Source: a virus (taxonomy: Duplodnaviria > Heunggongvirae > Uroviricota > Caudoviricetes). From it: a stretch of 64,000 nt of DNA. Both the position numbers and the translations under genes were made by a program. Below are positions 17,611-26,548 of the stretch, one piece after another; position 1 is the first letter of the stretch, and each line of letters opens with the position of its first letter. Location of the stretch: the IMG/VR virus record IMGVR_UViG_3300034107_000364, one strand, 5' to 3'. The notes under the pieces are model-generated. The model did not search any database. It saw only the letters and a program-made list of their open reading frames with translations, and was not told where the DNA came from.

Positions 17611-18564
17611 ATGAGAGCAATACACAAATTCGAAGATTTCTTAAACGAGGCTAAAGGACCTCAAGATCTAAATAAGATTTATTTAGCGTATAATCCAGAT
17701 TTAGGCCATAGATTTTGGTCTTATAAAGATTTCGCTGCAGATAAATTCTTCATCAGATTGACACCTGAAAATTATAAAAAAATCACAATCAATAAGGATT
17801 TCCCGGTTTTAACTTATAATAGCAAAGTTGTACAAACTTTAATAGATGAAGATTTAATTAATCCAGAAAATGTATATAATAAACCTGAATTTATTGTAAA
17901 TTCAGGATCTAAAGCAGAGTTTCACAAAATAGTTGATGGTGACGAGAATATACCAAAGACTTGTTTGAAAACAGAAGATGCAATTAAAGAAGTAGGATTT
18001 CCTATGATTGCAAAACCAACTGAAGGTCACTCTGGTTTAGGAATTACCGTAATTAAAAATCAAAAAGACTTTGACGCGGCAGATCACGATAAGTTAGATG
18101 TGTATTCACAATACATTGATAAAAAGAGTGAACATAGATTCTTTACATTTAAAGGCAAACCTTTCTTTTGGCAAGAGAGACAACCTACTAATGATAAAGC
18201 TAAGACTGGCGATGGTGACGGAAAAGAAAAGATGATGTTTGATTACATTAAAAAAGACGTATCTAAAACTCCTGAAAAATTCAATACATTAATAGCAAAA
18301 TTTGGTAAGATCTTTTCTGATTTACCTTATATTTGCTTTGATATTATGGAAGATCAAGATGGGAAACTTTATATCATTGAATCTAATTCAATGCCAGGTG
18401 TACCCTTTGATTCAACTGTAGATATTTATAGAGTGTTGTTTGAAGATTTCTATGGTAGAAAAGTAGATGCAGAAACAGATGCTAAACTCCAAGAGTTAGC
18501 GGACTACATGATTAAAAGATCTGCCGAATTAGATGGCGGAGATAGATTCACTGTAGAAAAATAA
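17611..18564 (+). CDS. ATP-grasp (RimK-like) protein with FEDF-type N-terminal peptide
   Basis: FPMIAKP..GHSGLGI; FDIM....KLYIIESNSMPG. Confidence 0.75.
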   Translation: MRAIHKFEDFLNEAKGPQDLNKIYLAYNPDLGHRFWSYKDFAADKFFIRLTPENYKKITINKDFPVLTYNSKVVQTLIDEDLINPENVYNKPEFIVNSGSKAEFHKIVDGDENIPKTCLKTEDAIKEVGFPMIAKPTEGHSGLGITVIKNQKDFDAADHDKLDVYSQYIDKKSEHRFFTFKGKPFFWQERQPTNDKAKTGDGDGKEKMMFDYIKKDVSKTPEKFNTLIAKFGKIFSDLPYICFDIMEDQDGKLYIIESNSMPGVPFDSTVDIYRVLFEDFYGRKVDAETDAKLQELADYMIKRSAELDGGDRFTVEK

Positions 18565-18625
18565 AAATAAACTTGGACTATTTCCAATTAATTAAAAAGA
18601 TAAATAGAACCTAATAAATAAAATT

Positions 18626-18865
18626 ATGGCAGAAGCTAATATGAGTTGTATGATTATTAATGTGTGGGTACACCATATGCAAGTCGATGAGTTATTCGAC
18701 TTCTTAAACATGCGCATCAATAAAGCTCCGCATTATTGGTTAAATGAGGCTTCAGTGCCTACATCAATTACTGGTGGATATGTTATGATTTCATTGACTT
18801 ATGATTCTTATTCTCATTTATCCTCTAATAGAAATTGGGACGAAGCACCAGGTTGGATAAATTAA
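18626..18865 (+). CDS. Hypothetical protein
   Basis: 79-aa ORF downstream of a GATAAATA motif. Confidence 0.55.
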   Translation: MAEANMSCMIINVWVHHMQVDELFDFLNMRINKAPHYWLNEASVPTSITGGYVMISLTYDSYSHLSSNRNWDEAPGWIN

Positions 18866-18869
18866 TAAT

Positions 18870-18983
18870 ATGAAAAAACAACAAACAGAAATGAAAGCAT
18901 TCCTTTTAAATCATAAAGGAATCAAGTACAAAGCAGATACTTTCTTAGGTATCATTTGGCAGTTTATTACAAAAAAGAAATAA
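18870..18983 (+). CDS. Small hypothetical protein (37 aa)
   Basis: Read by eye: MKKQQTEMKAFLLNHKGIKYKADTFLGIIWQFITKKK; fills the gap between genes. Confidence 0.4.
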   Translation: MKKQQTEMKAFLLNHKGIKYKADTFLGIIWQFITKKK

Positions 18984-19008
18984 ACCTTTTCGAAAACACA
19001 TGTATAAA

Positions 19009-19040
19009 GAACGTCTAAGTTAATCCTTAGACGTTTTTTT
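19009..19040 (+). terminator. Hairpin/terminator-like element
   Basis: AACGTCTAAG...CTTAGACGTT plus T-run. Confidence 0.55.
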
Positions 19041-19066
19041 AGGTTTAAACGATAAACGACATTAAC

Positions 19067-19810
19067 ATGTATACACTAAGCGAAATTCAACAGATGATCT
19101 TTATAGACATCGAAACTAGTACACAGAAACAAACATTCCAGGAACTAATAGATGAGAATCCCGTTCTCGAAGAGTATTGGAATATAAAGACTAGTCAATT
19201 AGTAGAAGCACAACCAGAAACTCTTAAAGACTTTACAGATCCACACAAAATGTGGTCTCGTATGGCAGGTTTATATCCTGAATGGGGTAAAATAGTTTGT
19301 ATTTCGATGGGTCAATTGAAGTTTGATGAAACAGGATTTCCTAATGATTTCAAAGCGGTATCATATTCAAGTCATGATGAAAAGCAAATGCTTAAAGACT
19401 TTCTACAAACTGCAGCAAAGATCATGGTAAAATATCCTAAGATGCAATGGGTTGGTCATAATATAAAAGGTTTTGATTTACCATATATTATTAAACGTGC
19501 ATTAATTCATGGAGTTGCAATTCCACAAGCATTTCATTTACATAAACAAAAACCATGGGAAAACTGTTTATTGGATACACAAGATGTTTGGAAATTCGGT
19601 GGATATAACACTGCCAAATTAGGACTGATTTCAGAACTATTAGGTATTCCTTCACCTAAAGATGCAATGAGTGGACCAGAAGTTAATGAGTATTATTGGG
19701 ATGGTAAGTTAGAAGAGATTAAAACTTACTGTGAAAAGGATATTAAAGCTACAGCTAACGTCTTACTAAGAATAGCGGGAATGCCTATAATTGATGAGAT
19801 ACCTTTCTAA
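19067..19810 (+). CDS. DEDD 3'-5' exonuclease (PolB-proofreading-like, stand-alone)
   Basis: FIDIET (ExoI), GHNIKGFDLPY (ExoII), YCEKD (ExoIII). Confidence 0.85.
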   Translation: MYTLSEIQQMIFIDIETSTQKQTFQELIDENPVLEEYWNIKTSQLVEAQPETLKDFTDPHKMWSRMAGLYPEWGKIVCISMGQLKFDETGFPNDFKAVSYSSHDEKQMLKDFLQTAAKIMVKYPKMQWVGHNIKGFDLPYIIKRALIHGVAIPQAFHLHKQKPWENCLLDTQDVWKFGGYNTAKLGLISELLGIPSPKDAMSGPEVNEYYWDGKLEEIKTYCEKDIKATANVLLRIAGMPIIDEIPF

Positions 19811-19811
19811 T

Positions 19812-19837
19812 AAAAAGAAGCGACAATGTCGCTTCTC
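19812..19837. terminator. Bidirectional terminator between convergent genes
   Basis: AGAAGCGAC-AAT-GTCGCTTCT hairpin with an A-run on the left. Confidence 0.7.
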
Positions 19838-19840
19838 TAA

Positions 19841-19984
19841 TTATTTACCTTGGCCTCTATATTTTTTATTATAGTTTTTGCCTTTTTTGTGGACTGAATT
19901 CTTTTTCTTAGAATGTACACCTGGTCGTTTTGATCTAGAGCTTTTATCGAATGCTCCACCTGTAGATTGTTTTACTTTTGCCAC
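19841..19984 (-). CDS. Small basic protein ending KKYRGQGK (47 aa)
   Basis: GTG-start ORF read by eye: MAKVKQSTGGAFDKSSRSKRPGVHSKKKNSVHKKGKNYNKKYRGQGK; GAATAAATA motif upstream on the minus strand. Confidence 0.7.
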   Translation of the reverse strand: MAKVKQSTGGAFDKSSRSKRPGVHSKKKNSVHKKGKNYNKKYRGQGK

Positions 19985-20036
19985 AACACTTTATTATATT
20001 TTTAGTTACATTAGGATAACGGAATATTTATTCATT

Positions 20037-20102
20037 TTGTTCGTAACTTTTTGCTAAAAAGCTTTTTTATTTCAAATATTATTTGTATATTAGCCTTATA
20101 AT
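20037..20102 (+). promoter_or_regulatory. Putative early promoter repeat (TTGTTCGTAACTTTT...TTTTAT.TCAAATATT...GTATATTAGC)
   Basis: Near-identical intergenic blocks at 22574, 24195, 30377 and a partial copy at 29371. Confidence 0.7.
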
Positions 20103-20116
20103 TAAAACACATATAC

Positions 20117-20335
20117 ATGTTAACATCAGTTAGATTAATTTTAATGCATCAAGGTCGTACAGAACATGACTTTGAACTCAATATGGAAAAGCCCATAAAG
20201 GGTGAAATAATATCAATGGCAAATCCTGACGGAACGCAAAATGATTATGACATAGAATTCATTCAACATTGGTTTAATGAATATGGTACCTATAAATATG
20301 TACTCGTAACTGGAATTAGAAAATATGGAAAATAA
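20117..20335 (+). CDS. Hypothetical protein
   Basis: First ORF after the early promoter repeat. Confidence 0.55.
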   Translation: MLTSVRLILMHQGRTEHDFELNMEKPIKGEIISMANPDGTQNDYDIEFIQHWFNEYGTYKYVLVTGIRKYGK

Positions 20336-20474
20336 AGAAACAAATTGGATTATTTTGATAATATTACTAACAGGATTTTGTCTTGGTTTTATAGTTGCTC
20401 AGGCAATTTATGACAAGAGACCAATCACCGAAGAGGAATATTACGAATCACAAAAACAACAATATTATGAATAA
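20325..20474 (+). CDS. Small membrane protein (49 aa)
   Basis: MENKETNWIILIILLTGFCLGFIVAQAIY... single hydrophobic segment; overlaps both neighbours in operon fashion. Confidence 0.55.
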   Translation: MENKETNWIILIILLTGFCLGFIVAQAIYDKRPITEEEYYESQKQQYYE

Positions 20475-20880
20475 AAAATTATACATCGTACGTGGATTGC
20501 CAGGATCTGGAAAATCTACATTTGCATTAGACTTGGTTGGATCAGACTTTTTAGTTTGTGAAGCTGACAAGTATTTTATGGTTGACGGAGAATATAAATT
20601 TGATGGATCTAAATTAAAGGAAGCCCACGAATCTTGTAGAAATCTTGTAGAAACCTACATGAAAGATTCTCTGGTCAATGATCAATTCTACAGAGAGATC
20701 GCGGTATCAAATACGTTCACACAAGAATGGGAAATGCAGGCATATATTGACTTAGCCAAACAATATGGTTATATGGTCTTTACTGTAATTGTAGAAAATA
20801 GACACGGTGGTGTAAACCAACACGGTGTTCCAGATGAGGCACTAACAAGAATGAGAGATCGTTTTGAAGTTAAATTATAA
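20467..20880 (+). CDS. P-loop kinase (AAA_33 / polynucleotide-kinase-like)
   Basis: RGLPGSGKST Walker A; VSNTF; HGVP motif; start reassigned to MNKKLY. Confidence 0.8.
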   Translation: MNKKLYIVRGLPGSGKSTFALDLVGSDFLVCEADKYFMVDGEYKFDGSKLKEAHESCRNLVETYMKDSLVNDQFYREIAVSNTFTQEWEMQAYIDLAKQYGYMVFTVIVENRHGGVNQHGVPDEALTRMRDRFEVKL

Positions 20881-21119
20881 TGGAAGCAATTATAAATCCA
20901 TATGCAGATAGTTTCTTAGAGAGAAACTCGTTTAAGAATGTTGGTCCTAATAAATGGGCCAATGATAAATGTTTGGTAACAATATTAGAGGATTGTTATA
21001 TGATTCAATTTACTAATTTCGATGGAGATTGGGAAATGAACACAGATTCATATTCAATTCCACATTTAGTTGGAGTCCTAACATGGCATGATTTATTAGA
21101 TAGAAATTACACAAAATAA
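20880..21119 (+). CDS. Hypothetical protein
   Basis: 79-aa ORF, translationally coupled. Confidence 0.55.
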   Translation: MEAIINPYADSFLERNSFKNVGPNKWANDKCLVTILEDCYMIQFTNFDGDWEMNTDSYSIPHLVGVLTWHDLLDRNYTK

Positions 21120-21123
21120 AATT

Positions 21124-21705
21124 ATGAAACTATACACTGAAAAACAGGTTAAAGATTTATTGGAAACTCAACGAGCTAATTGTTACGTTGCAATTTTGTC
21201 AGAAACTAAAGACAAAGAAATTGCAGGTTTGGCAACTAAAGCGCCACTTCCAGGTGGAGATGATTTCGACAAGTATTATGGTATTGATGTTACTCAATTG
21301 ATTCACGAGGATCTAGCAGACAAAGAATTACAAGGAAACTATGATCGTTTTAAAATACATCTAGATTCTGCAAAGACTTCTTATAATGCGTGTGTTCCAA
21401 CTCTAAATTCTATGATTGATAAAATAGTTAATCTTAAAGAATTGATAGTTTCATTATCAGTACAGGGTTTATCAACTGAAAAAGCTGTAAAAAGAATGGT
21501 AAAATTAGATAATGATTTTACTAAGCTTACGGAAAAGGCAGATGTTTATAAAGCTGAAATTGAAAAACAATCGGATCTGATTAAGAAGTATGAAGATTGG
21601 AACGAGCGTAAGTTATTTATGCACTGGAAATATCTAACAATGTTGAAAGCAATTGATACACCTTGGTTAGAATGGAAACCAGAATATAAAGATATTATGA
21701 TTTAA
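21124..21705 (+). CDS. Hypothetical coiled-coil protein
   Basis: 193-aa ORF. Confidence 0.6.
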   Translation: MKLYTEKQVKDLLETQRANCYVAILSETKDKEIAGLATKAPLPGGDDFDKYYGIDVTQLIHEDLADKELQGNYDRFKIHLDSAKTSYNACVPTLNSMIDKIVNLKELIVSLSVQGLSTEKAVKRMVKLDNDFTKLTEKADVYKAEIEKQSDLIKKYEDWNERKLFMHWKYLTMLKAIDTPWLEWKPEYKDIMI

Positions 21706-21801
21706 ACTTTTTAAAGGTTTATAATATAATACCCAAATCCACTACATAACACGGCGCCAAATTAATTGTGACATGTACTGTCTGGAAGGTCAGACTGGAT
21801 T

Positions 21802-21924
21802 ACTTATCGATGCTTGCTGTTAATTGAGAAGTAGAGTGTATTAATTTCCGAATAAGGGTTTACAGTAGGAAGGGCTCACTCATTGCACTCAATCAGAAAC
21901 CCCGAAAGACACAGGTCGATAAGT
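21802..21924 (+). ncRNA. Putative structured ncRNA
   Basis: 9-bp closing stem ACTTATCGA/TCGATAAGT with internal complementary segments; no ORF; downstream of a promoter motif. Confidence 0.4.
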
Positions 21925-21927
21925 TGG

Positions 21928-22008
21928 AGTCAAGTAATACGTAATGGCAAAATGGTTATGTCACCCTTTATGGTTGTATTGTTGTAGGTTCGAGTCCTAC
22001 CTTGACTA
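21928..22008 (+). tRNA. tRNA-like element with non-canonical D/anticodon region (no assignable anticodon)
   Basis: Acceptor AGTCAAG/CTTGACT; T-arm GTAGG-TTCGAGT-CCTAC. Confidence 0.55.
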
Positions 22009-22010
22009 CA

Positions 22011-22158
22011 ATGAGTTGATTACTCAGATGATACATGTATCTATAAAACATGTCGACATACTCTTGGGCGCAGGCAAGAGCGGGTTTTGAAATTCAGTAG
22101 CGCCGTTACGGAAACTGAGCTTGGAGGGCAATAAACTTCATGAGGTCTAATCAACCAT
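22011..22158 (+). ncRNA. Putative structured ncRNA between the two tRNA-like elements
   Basis: Closing stem GTTGATTA/TAATCAAC; hairpins CTCTTG/CAAGAG and TCAGT/ACTGA; GGCGC/GCGCC loop-loop complementarity. Confidence 0.45.
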
Positions 22159-22168
22159 AATTGCAAAC

Positions 22169-22276
22169 AGTCGGGTGGCGGAATTGGTAAACGCACATTA
22201 GAAAGTTCCTATAAAGCAATGGCTAATATCGTGGAGCTTTGATATTAACTTACAGGTTCGAATCCTGTCCCGACTA
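22169..22276 (+). tRNA. tRNA-like element (Leu-type D-arm, expanded anticodon/variable region)
   Basis: Acceptor AGTCGGG/CCCGACT; D-arm GGCGGAATTGGTAAACGC; T-arm ACAGG-TTCGAAT-CCTGT; 108 nt. Confidence 0.6.
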
Positions 22277-22289
22277 CAAATATTAAGAT

Positions 22290-22571
22290 ATGGAATTGCC
22301 AACTGATTATACTAAATTAAGTTCTAAGCAACGAAAAGAAGTTAGAGAACAATATGCAATAGAACAGAATAACATCTGCCCGGTTTGTGATAGATCTTTA
22401 GATGGACCACCTAGAATTGATATAGAAAATACTAAGATCAATTTTAGATTATTCCCACCTGGTTTTTTAAGAAATCCAATACATCTTCAACACTGTCACA
22501 AAACTAATATGACAGAAGCTGCAGTTCATGCAAAGTGTAATGCAGTCCTATGGCAATATTATGGTAAGTAA
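22290..22571 (+). CDS. Endonuclease VII/HNH-like small nuclease
   Basis: QNNICPVC...HLQHCHKT......VHAKCN. Confidence 0.65.
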   Translation: MELPTDYTKLSSKQRKEVREQYAIEQNNICPVCDRSLDGPPRIDIENTKINFRLFPPGFLRNPIHLQHCHKTNMTEAAVHAKCNAVLWQYYGK

Positions 22572-22573
22572 AA

Positions 22574-22639
22574 TTGTTCGTAACTTTTATCAAATAAATT
22601 TTTATATGTCAAATATAAGTAGTATATTAGCTCTATAAT
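22574..22639 (+). promoter_or_regulatory. Putative early promoter repeat
   Basis: TTGTTCGTAACTTTT...TATGTCAAATAT...GTATATTAGC. Confidence 0.7.
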
Positions 22640-22653
22640 TAAAAGAAGATATA

Positions 22654-23037
22654 ATGGAAACAAATTTTAAAGTTGCCAAGTACGAAAAAACAGATGAAGG
22701 ATTTAATCACCTTGGATATGATGAATACCAAATCACATATCTTAAAGGTAATAAACCACATCAGATTAGAATTGTTGTCAATGGGATTTTATCAACAAGA
22801 GTTATTAATCTTATTGATGGTAATTCTGGTTATAAAAATCAAATACTATTGGCAATAAGTGAGATTAAAAATGGTAAGATTAACATGACAAATATAGTTT
22901 CAGAAAAGAAAAAAGTAACACTATCATATATTGGTACTTTCTATAGTAAACTAATTGTCAAAAACGTTAAGAACTATTTAATAGGAATTAACAAAGAAGA
23001 GAGAAGAGATACATTAACTAAATATGAATTAATATAA
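22654..23037 (+). CDS. Hypothetical protein
   Basis: 127-aa ORF after the promoter repeat. Confidence 0.6.
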   Translation: METNFKVAKYEKTDEGFNHLGYDEYQITYLKGNKPHQIRIVVNGILSTRVINLIDGNSGYKNQILLAISEIKNGKINMTNIVSEKKKVTLSYIGTFYSKLIVKNVKNYLIGINKEERRDTLTKYELI

Positions 23038-24173
23038 TGGAAAATAACAACTCAGTTTGCTATGTAGCAACAGTCACAGAAATTAAAGCAATCGAAGGTG
23101 CTGATAATATTGAATTAGCAGTAGTTGGAGGTTGGAATGCAATCACTAAAAAAGGTGAGTATGAAGTAGGTGCTAAAGTGGTAGTTGCCACAACAGATGC
23201 CGTGATCCCTGAAGCACTTTCAGATTTGATGAGTGTAACATCGTACCTTCGCAAAGGACAGCGTGTGCGTACTGTAAAGTTGCGCGGTGTTTATTCTGAA
23301 TGTCTTTTAATTCCTTTTAAATATCTTGCACCTAAATCATTAGAAAAGAACGTAAAGATCGGTGATGATATGATGGAAATCTTAGGTATTACTAAATTTG
23401 AACCGCCAGTTAAACAGATTCAATTAGCTAATGGTAAAAAGATCAGATACCAATCTAATCCTAACTTTACAGTTTACTATAAGTTTCCAAACTTAAAGAA
23501 TGTGATAGGCATGTTTACTGAAGAGGATGGCGTACAGATCACTAGAAAATTACATGGTACAAATGCAAGATTTGGTATTGTTCGCAAAAACAAATTGTCA
23601 TTCTTTGATAAGTTAAAGAAATTCTTTGGATTTGCTGATGAGTGGATTGGATATGAATATGTATATGGTTCTCATAACGTAGAAAAGGGAAGTGATTCTC
23701 AAGGATTCTATTCAACTGATGTTTGGCGTACAGTTGCTGAAGAATGTGGTATCAAACAGAAATTATGGGAAGCTGTAAAGACCAGAGATATCGAAGAAGT
23801 TGGCGGTGGATTTGTACTTTATGGAGAAATCTACGGTGCAGGAATTCAATCTAATTATGACTATGGTCTAACAGATATTAGATTTGCAGGATTCGATTTA
23901 ACTATTGATGGTAAATATATGGATCCTGAAATGACTCAATATATCATTGAAGATGTTTTAGAATTACCACATGCTGAAGTTCTTTATGAAGGTTTGTGGA
24001 ACCAAGATGTACAAGATAGTTTTGTTTTCAATAACTTTATTGAAGGTAGTAAAGTACCACATGAAGGTATTGTTATCAAACATGTAACTGGCGAAAGACA
24101 AAAAGTTGCAAAGGTAATCAACCCAGATTACTTGATTTATGGAGAGAAAAACAATATTGGAGACTCTCATTAA
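23037..24173 (+). CDS. RNA ligase (Rnl2/DRB0094-type with N-terminal OB-fold)
   Basis: IEGADNIE N-terminus, KLRGVYSE, motif I KLHGTN, YGEIYG, FAGFD, EGIVIK, KVINPDYL. Confidence 0.85.
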   Translation: MENNNSVCYVATVTEIKAIEGADNIELAVVGGWNAITKKGEYEVGAKVVVATTDAVIPEALSDLMSVTSYLRKGQRVRTVKLRGVYSECLLIPFKYLAPKSLEKNVKIGDDMMEILGITKFEPPVKQIQLANGKKIRYQSNPNFTVYYKFPNLKNVIGMFTEEDGVQITRKLHGTNARFGIVRKNKLSFFDKLKKFFGFADEWIGYEYVYGSHNVEKGSDSQGFYSTDVWRTVAEECGIKQKLWEAVKTRDIEEVGGGFVLYGEIYGAGIQSNYDYGLTDIRFAGFDLTIDGKYMDPEMTQYIIEDVLELPHAEVLYEGLWNQDVQDSFVFNNFIEGSKVPHEGIVIKHVTGERQKVAKVINPDYLIYGEKNNIGDSH

Positions 24174-24194
24174 TATATTTAATCCTGGTGAAAA

Positions 24195-24260
24195 TTGTTC
24201 GTAACTTTTTTAGCCAGGATTTTTTTATGTCAAATATTATTAGTATATTAGCTGTATAAA
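24195..24260 (+). promoter_or_regulatory. Putative early promoter repeat
   Basis: TTGTTCGTAACTTTTTTAGCCAGGATTTTTTTATGTCAAATATTATTAGTATATTAGC. Confidence 0.7.
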
Positions 24261-24270
24261 TAAATATAAC

Positions 24271-24579
24271 ATGGAAGAAGATTTTGATTTTGACGAGTTT
24301 ATGGAAAACAGTCAACGTAAGTTCGAAAGTGATTTAGCAACTTACAAAGAACGTATGATGCTTATTGCCATTGAATCTAACTATGACAATATAGCCAAGA
24401 ACGGAATCAGTGAATGGCATCTTAGACATTTGCCACAGTCTGAACTAAATGATCTTAATGAAACCTTTAGGATGATGATCGAACACTTTCAAGATCTTGA
24501 AGAGTATGAAAAGTGTGCAGTTATTCTATCAGCAAAGAATAAGATTGTTGAAGCTTTAAAGACAAAGCAGAATATATAA
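24271..24579 (+). CDS. Hypothetical protein with UVR-like EEYEKC motif
   Basis: FQDLEEYEKCAVI. Confidence 0.65.
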   Translation: MEEDFDFDEFMENSQRKFESDLATYKERMMLIAIESNYDNIAKNGISEWHLRHLPQSELNDLNETFRMMIEHFQDLEEYEKCAVILSAKNKIVEALKTKQNI

Positions 24580-24594
24580 TAAAAAACGAGACAT

Positions 24595-25131
24595 ATGAAA
24601 CCAGTAATGACATTTGAAAAATATACTACTTACACTGACATGAGTAAGGGTAAATGGGGTACTCCTGAAGAAATACTAGAAGATGCAAAATTTGTAGTCT
24701 TAAAAGTTCTACCAACAAGAGACGAGAAATGGATCAAGAATATCGAGGACCAATCTACAGAGAAAGGTATTAAGTTTCAAGTAACACTTTCTGATGGTGA
24801 TGTTATCCACATGTATATGGTTTCAAAATGGAGAATGACAACTGATTCTTGGGAATTCTATTTCAATAAAAAGAAAATCAATTCTTCTGATTTAACAAAG
24901 ACATTAGAAGACAAATATATGTCAGATCTTGAGAAGTTTTTAAAGTATGCATTCTCTTATGATTTTTATGCTCAGTATATTGATAACGGCGGACAATACA
25001 GAAACGCAACTGACAACAATGAAAGGATATTGAAGAGATTTAAAGCATTGAGTTCTAAAGATAAAAAAGGTGCTATTGAAGCATTAGAAGCAAAGTTTTC
25101 AAAAGAGAACGTTGAAAAGGTATTTAAATAA
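24595..25131 (+). CDS. Hypothetical protein with FE-type N-terminal peptide
   Basis: MKPVMTFEKY; GAATATATA motif upstream. Confidence 0.65.
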   Translation: MKPVMTFEKYTTYTDMSKGKWGTPEEILEDAKFVVLKVLPTRDEKWIKNIEDQSTEKGIKFQVTLSDGDVIHMYMVSKWRMTTDSWEFYFNKKKINSSDLTKTLEDKYMSDLEKFLKYAFSYDFYAQYIDNGGQYRNATDNNERILKRFKALSSKDKKGAIEALEAKFSKENVEKVFK

Positions 25132-25154
25132 ACTATAACCACCAATATTTAATC

Positions 25155-25184
25155 AAAACCCGGAACCATGTTTCGGGTTTTTTT
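25155..25184 (+). terminator. Intrinsic terminator
   Basis: AAAACCCGGAAC...GTTTCGGGTTTT plus T-run. Confidence 0.75.
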
Positions 25185-25200
25185 GTGTGATATATAATAT

Positions 25201-25326
25201 ATGAAAACATGCACATGTAAATCTGAAATGATATTGGTTGGTACAGCATCAACTAATGGACAATATTGGACTTGTAGAACATGCGGTTCTATAGAACCCG
25301 TAATACAAAAAATGGAATTAAAATGA
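25201..25326 (+). CDS. Small Zn-ribbon-like protein (41 aa)
   Basis: MKTCTCKSEM...WTCRTCGS, read by eye; its stop overlaps the next start (ATGA). Confidence 0.5.
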   Translation: MKTCTCKSEMILVGTASTNGQYWTCRTCGSIEPVIQKMELK

Positions 25327-25580
25327 AACACATTAAACTATACGAAGAATACAGAGCAGATCTTGAAAACGAAGATCCTCTTTTAGTTAGCATAAGACAT
25401 TTCCAAGGATCTATTCAAAGCTTAGATGATTGGTTACGTAATAAGATAGGTGAAACAAATCCGTATAAAGACACTATAATGGTTAATGGCCCACATAAAG
25501 GTCAAAAAGATAATTCATTGCCTTATCAAGATTTTCAAAATGGTAAGTCAGACTTAGTAAAGAATAAATATGGAAGATAA
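25323..25580 (+). CDS. Hypothetical protein with MKHIKLYEEY N-terminus
   Basis: Start reassigned to MKHIKLYEEY, matching the shared N-terminal family. Confidence 0.6.
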   Translation: MKHIKLYEEYRADLENEDPLLVSIRHFQGSIQSLDDWLRNKIGETNPYKDTIMVNGPHKGQKDNSLPYQDFQNGKSDLVKNKYGR

Positions 25581-25761
25581 AATAGCAAAAGAGTTAATAA
25601 CTCAGTTGAAAAGAATCGCAGACGCTTTAGAGAAATCTAATAAGAGTGCAGAAGTTGCAGAAAAGAGAAAGATTGTGATTGAGAAATTACAAGAAAAGAA
25701 TCTTAAAGTGGACTTAAGAGGTAAACTTAATACTGCAAATATATCTGATGGATCCGTATAA
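25570..25761 (+). CDS. Hypothetical protein
   Basis: 63 aa, LKRIADALEK helix. Confidence 0.55.
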   Translation: MEDKIAKELITQLKRIADALEKSNKSAEVAEKRKIVIEKLQEKNLKVDLRGKLNTANISDGSV

Positions 25762-26548
25762 TATATTAGGTGTAGACAAATCATCCTCTCAAGATGATAT
25801 AAAACAAGCATATCGTAAACTAGCCAAAGAACATCATCCCGATAAAAATGGTGGCAGCGATGACAGATTCAAGCAAATTGCTGAAGCTTATGAAAAAATA
25901 GGTGATGAATCCTCAAGAAAGAAATACGACAGTACTTCTAATTTCCAAAACTTTTCAGGATTTGAAGGTCGATTCAACATGTCAGATATATTTGATCAAA
26001 TGTTTGGCAATGCTTTCAATTCTCAACAAACTACAAAAGGTACCGATTTAAGATTAGATCTACATCTAAGTTTTGATGAAGCATATCATGGTACGTCAAA
26101 ACAATTTGCAGTAAATGGTCAAGAAATTAAAGTTGATTTCAAACCTGGTCTAAAAACAGGTATGAAATTAAGAGTGCCTGGTAAAGGTCAACCACATCAA
26201 TATAATAGTACAATGCCCAATGGTGATTTGATTATACACATACACGTGATGTATAGGACTGAGTGGATTTTACAAAATGATGATATATGGATTGAATTAG
26301 ATTTACCATGGTATGATATAATGTTAGGAACCAAAATGAGTGTAAACACACCAGAAGGTATGATATACATTAACATTCCAAAGAATAGTTATCCAGGAAA
26401 AACACTAAGAATCAAAGATCGTGGATACCCTATATATGGCACTGAGAATAAAGGTGCGCTCTTATGTAAATTAAATGCTAGATATTATGAACTTAGTGAT
26501 GAGCAGATAGAATATATAGAGAAAGTAAAGAACGCTCAATATGAATAG
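25748..26548 (+). CDS. dnaJ: DnaJ/CbpA-type co-chaperone (J domain plus C-terminal domain, no Zn finger)
   Basis: DPYNILGV...YRKLAKEHHPDK; GTDL; LRVPGKG; GDLIIHI. Confidence 0.9.
   Translation: MDPYNILGVDKSSSQDDIKQAYRKLAKEHHPDKNGGSDDRFKQIAEAYEKIGDESSRKKYDSTSNFQNFSGFEGRFNMSDIFDQMFGNAFNSQQTTKGTDLRLDLHLSFDEAYHGTSKQFAVNGQEIKVDFKPGLKTGMKLRVPGKGQPHQYNSTMPNGDLIIHIHVMYRTEWILQNDDIWIELDLPWYDIMLGTKMSVNTPEGMIYINIPKNSYPGKTLRIKDRGYPIYGTENKGALLCKLNARYYELSDEQIEYIEKVKNAQYE

Noticed and set aside
21928-22276. Assigning specific amino-acid identities to the tRNA-like elements
   Set aside because: No canonical anticodon stem-loop can be drawn by eye
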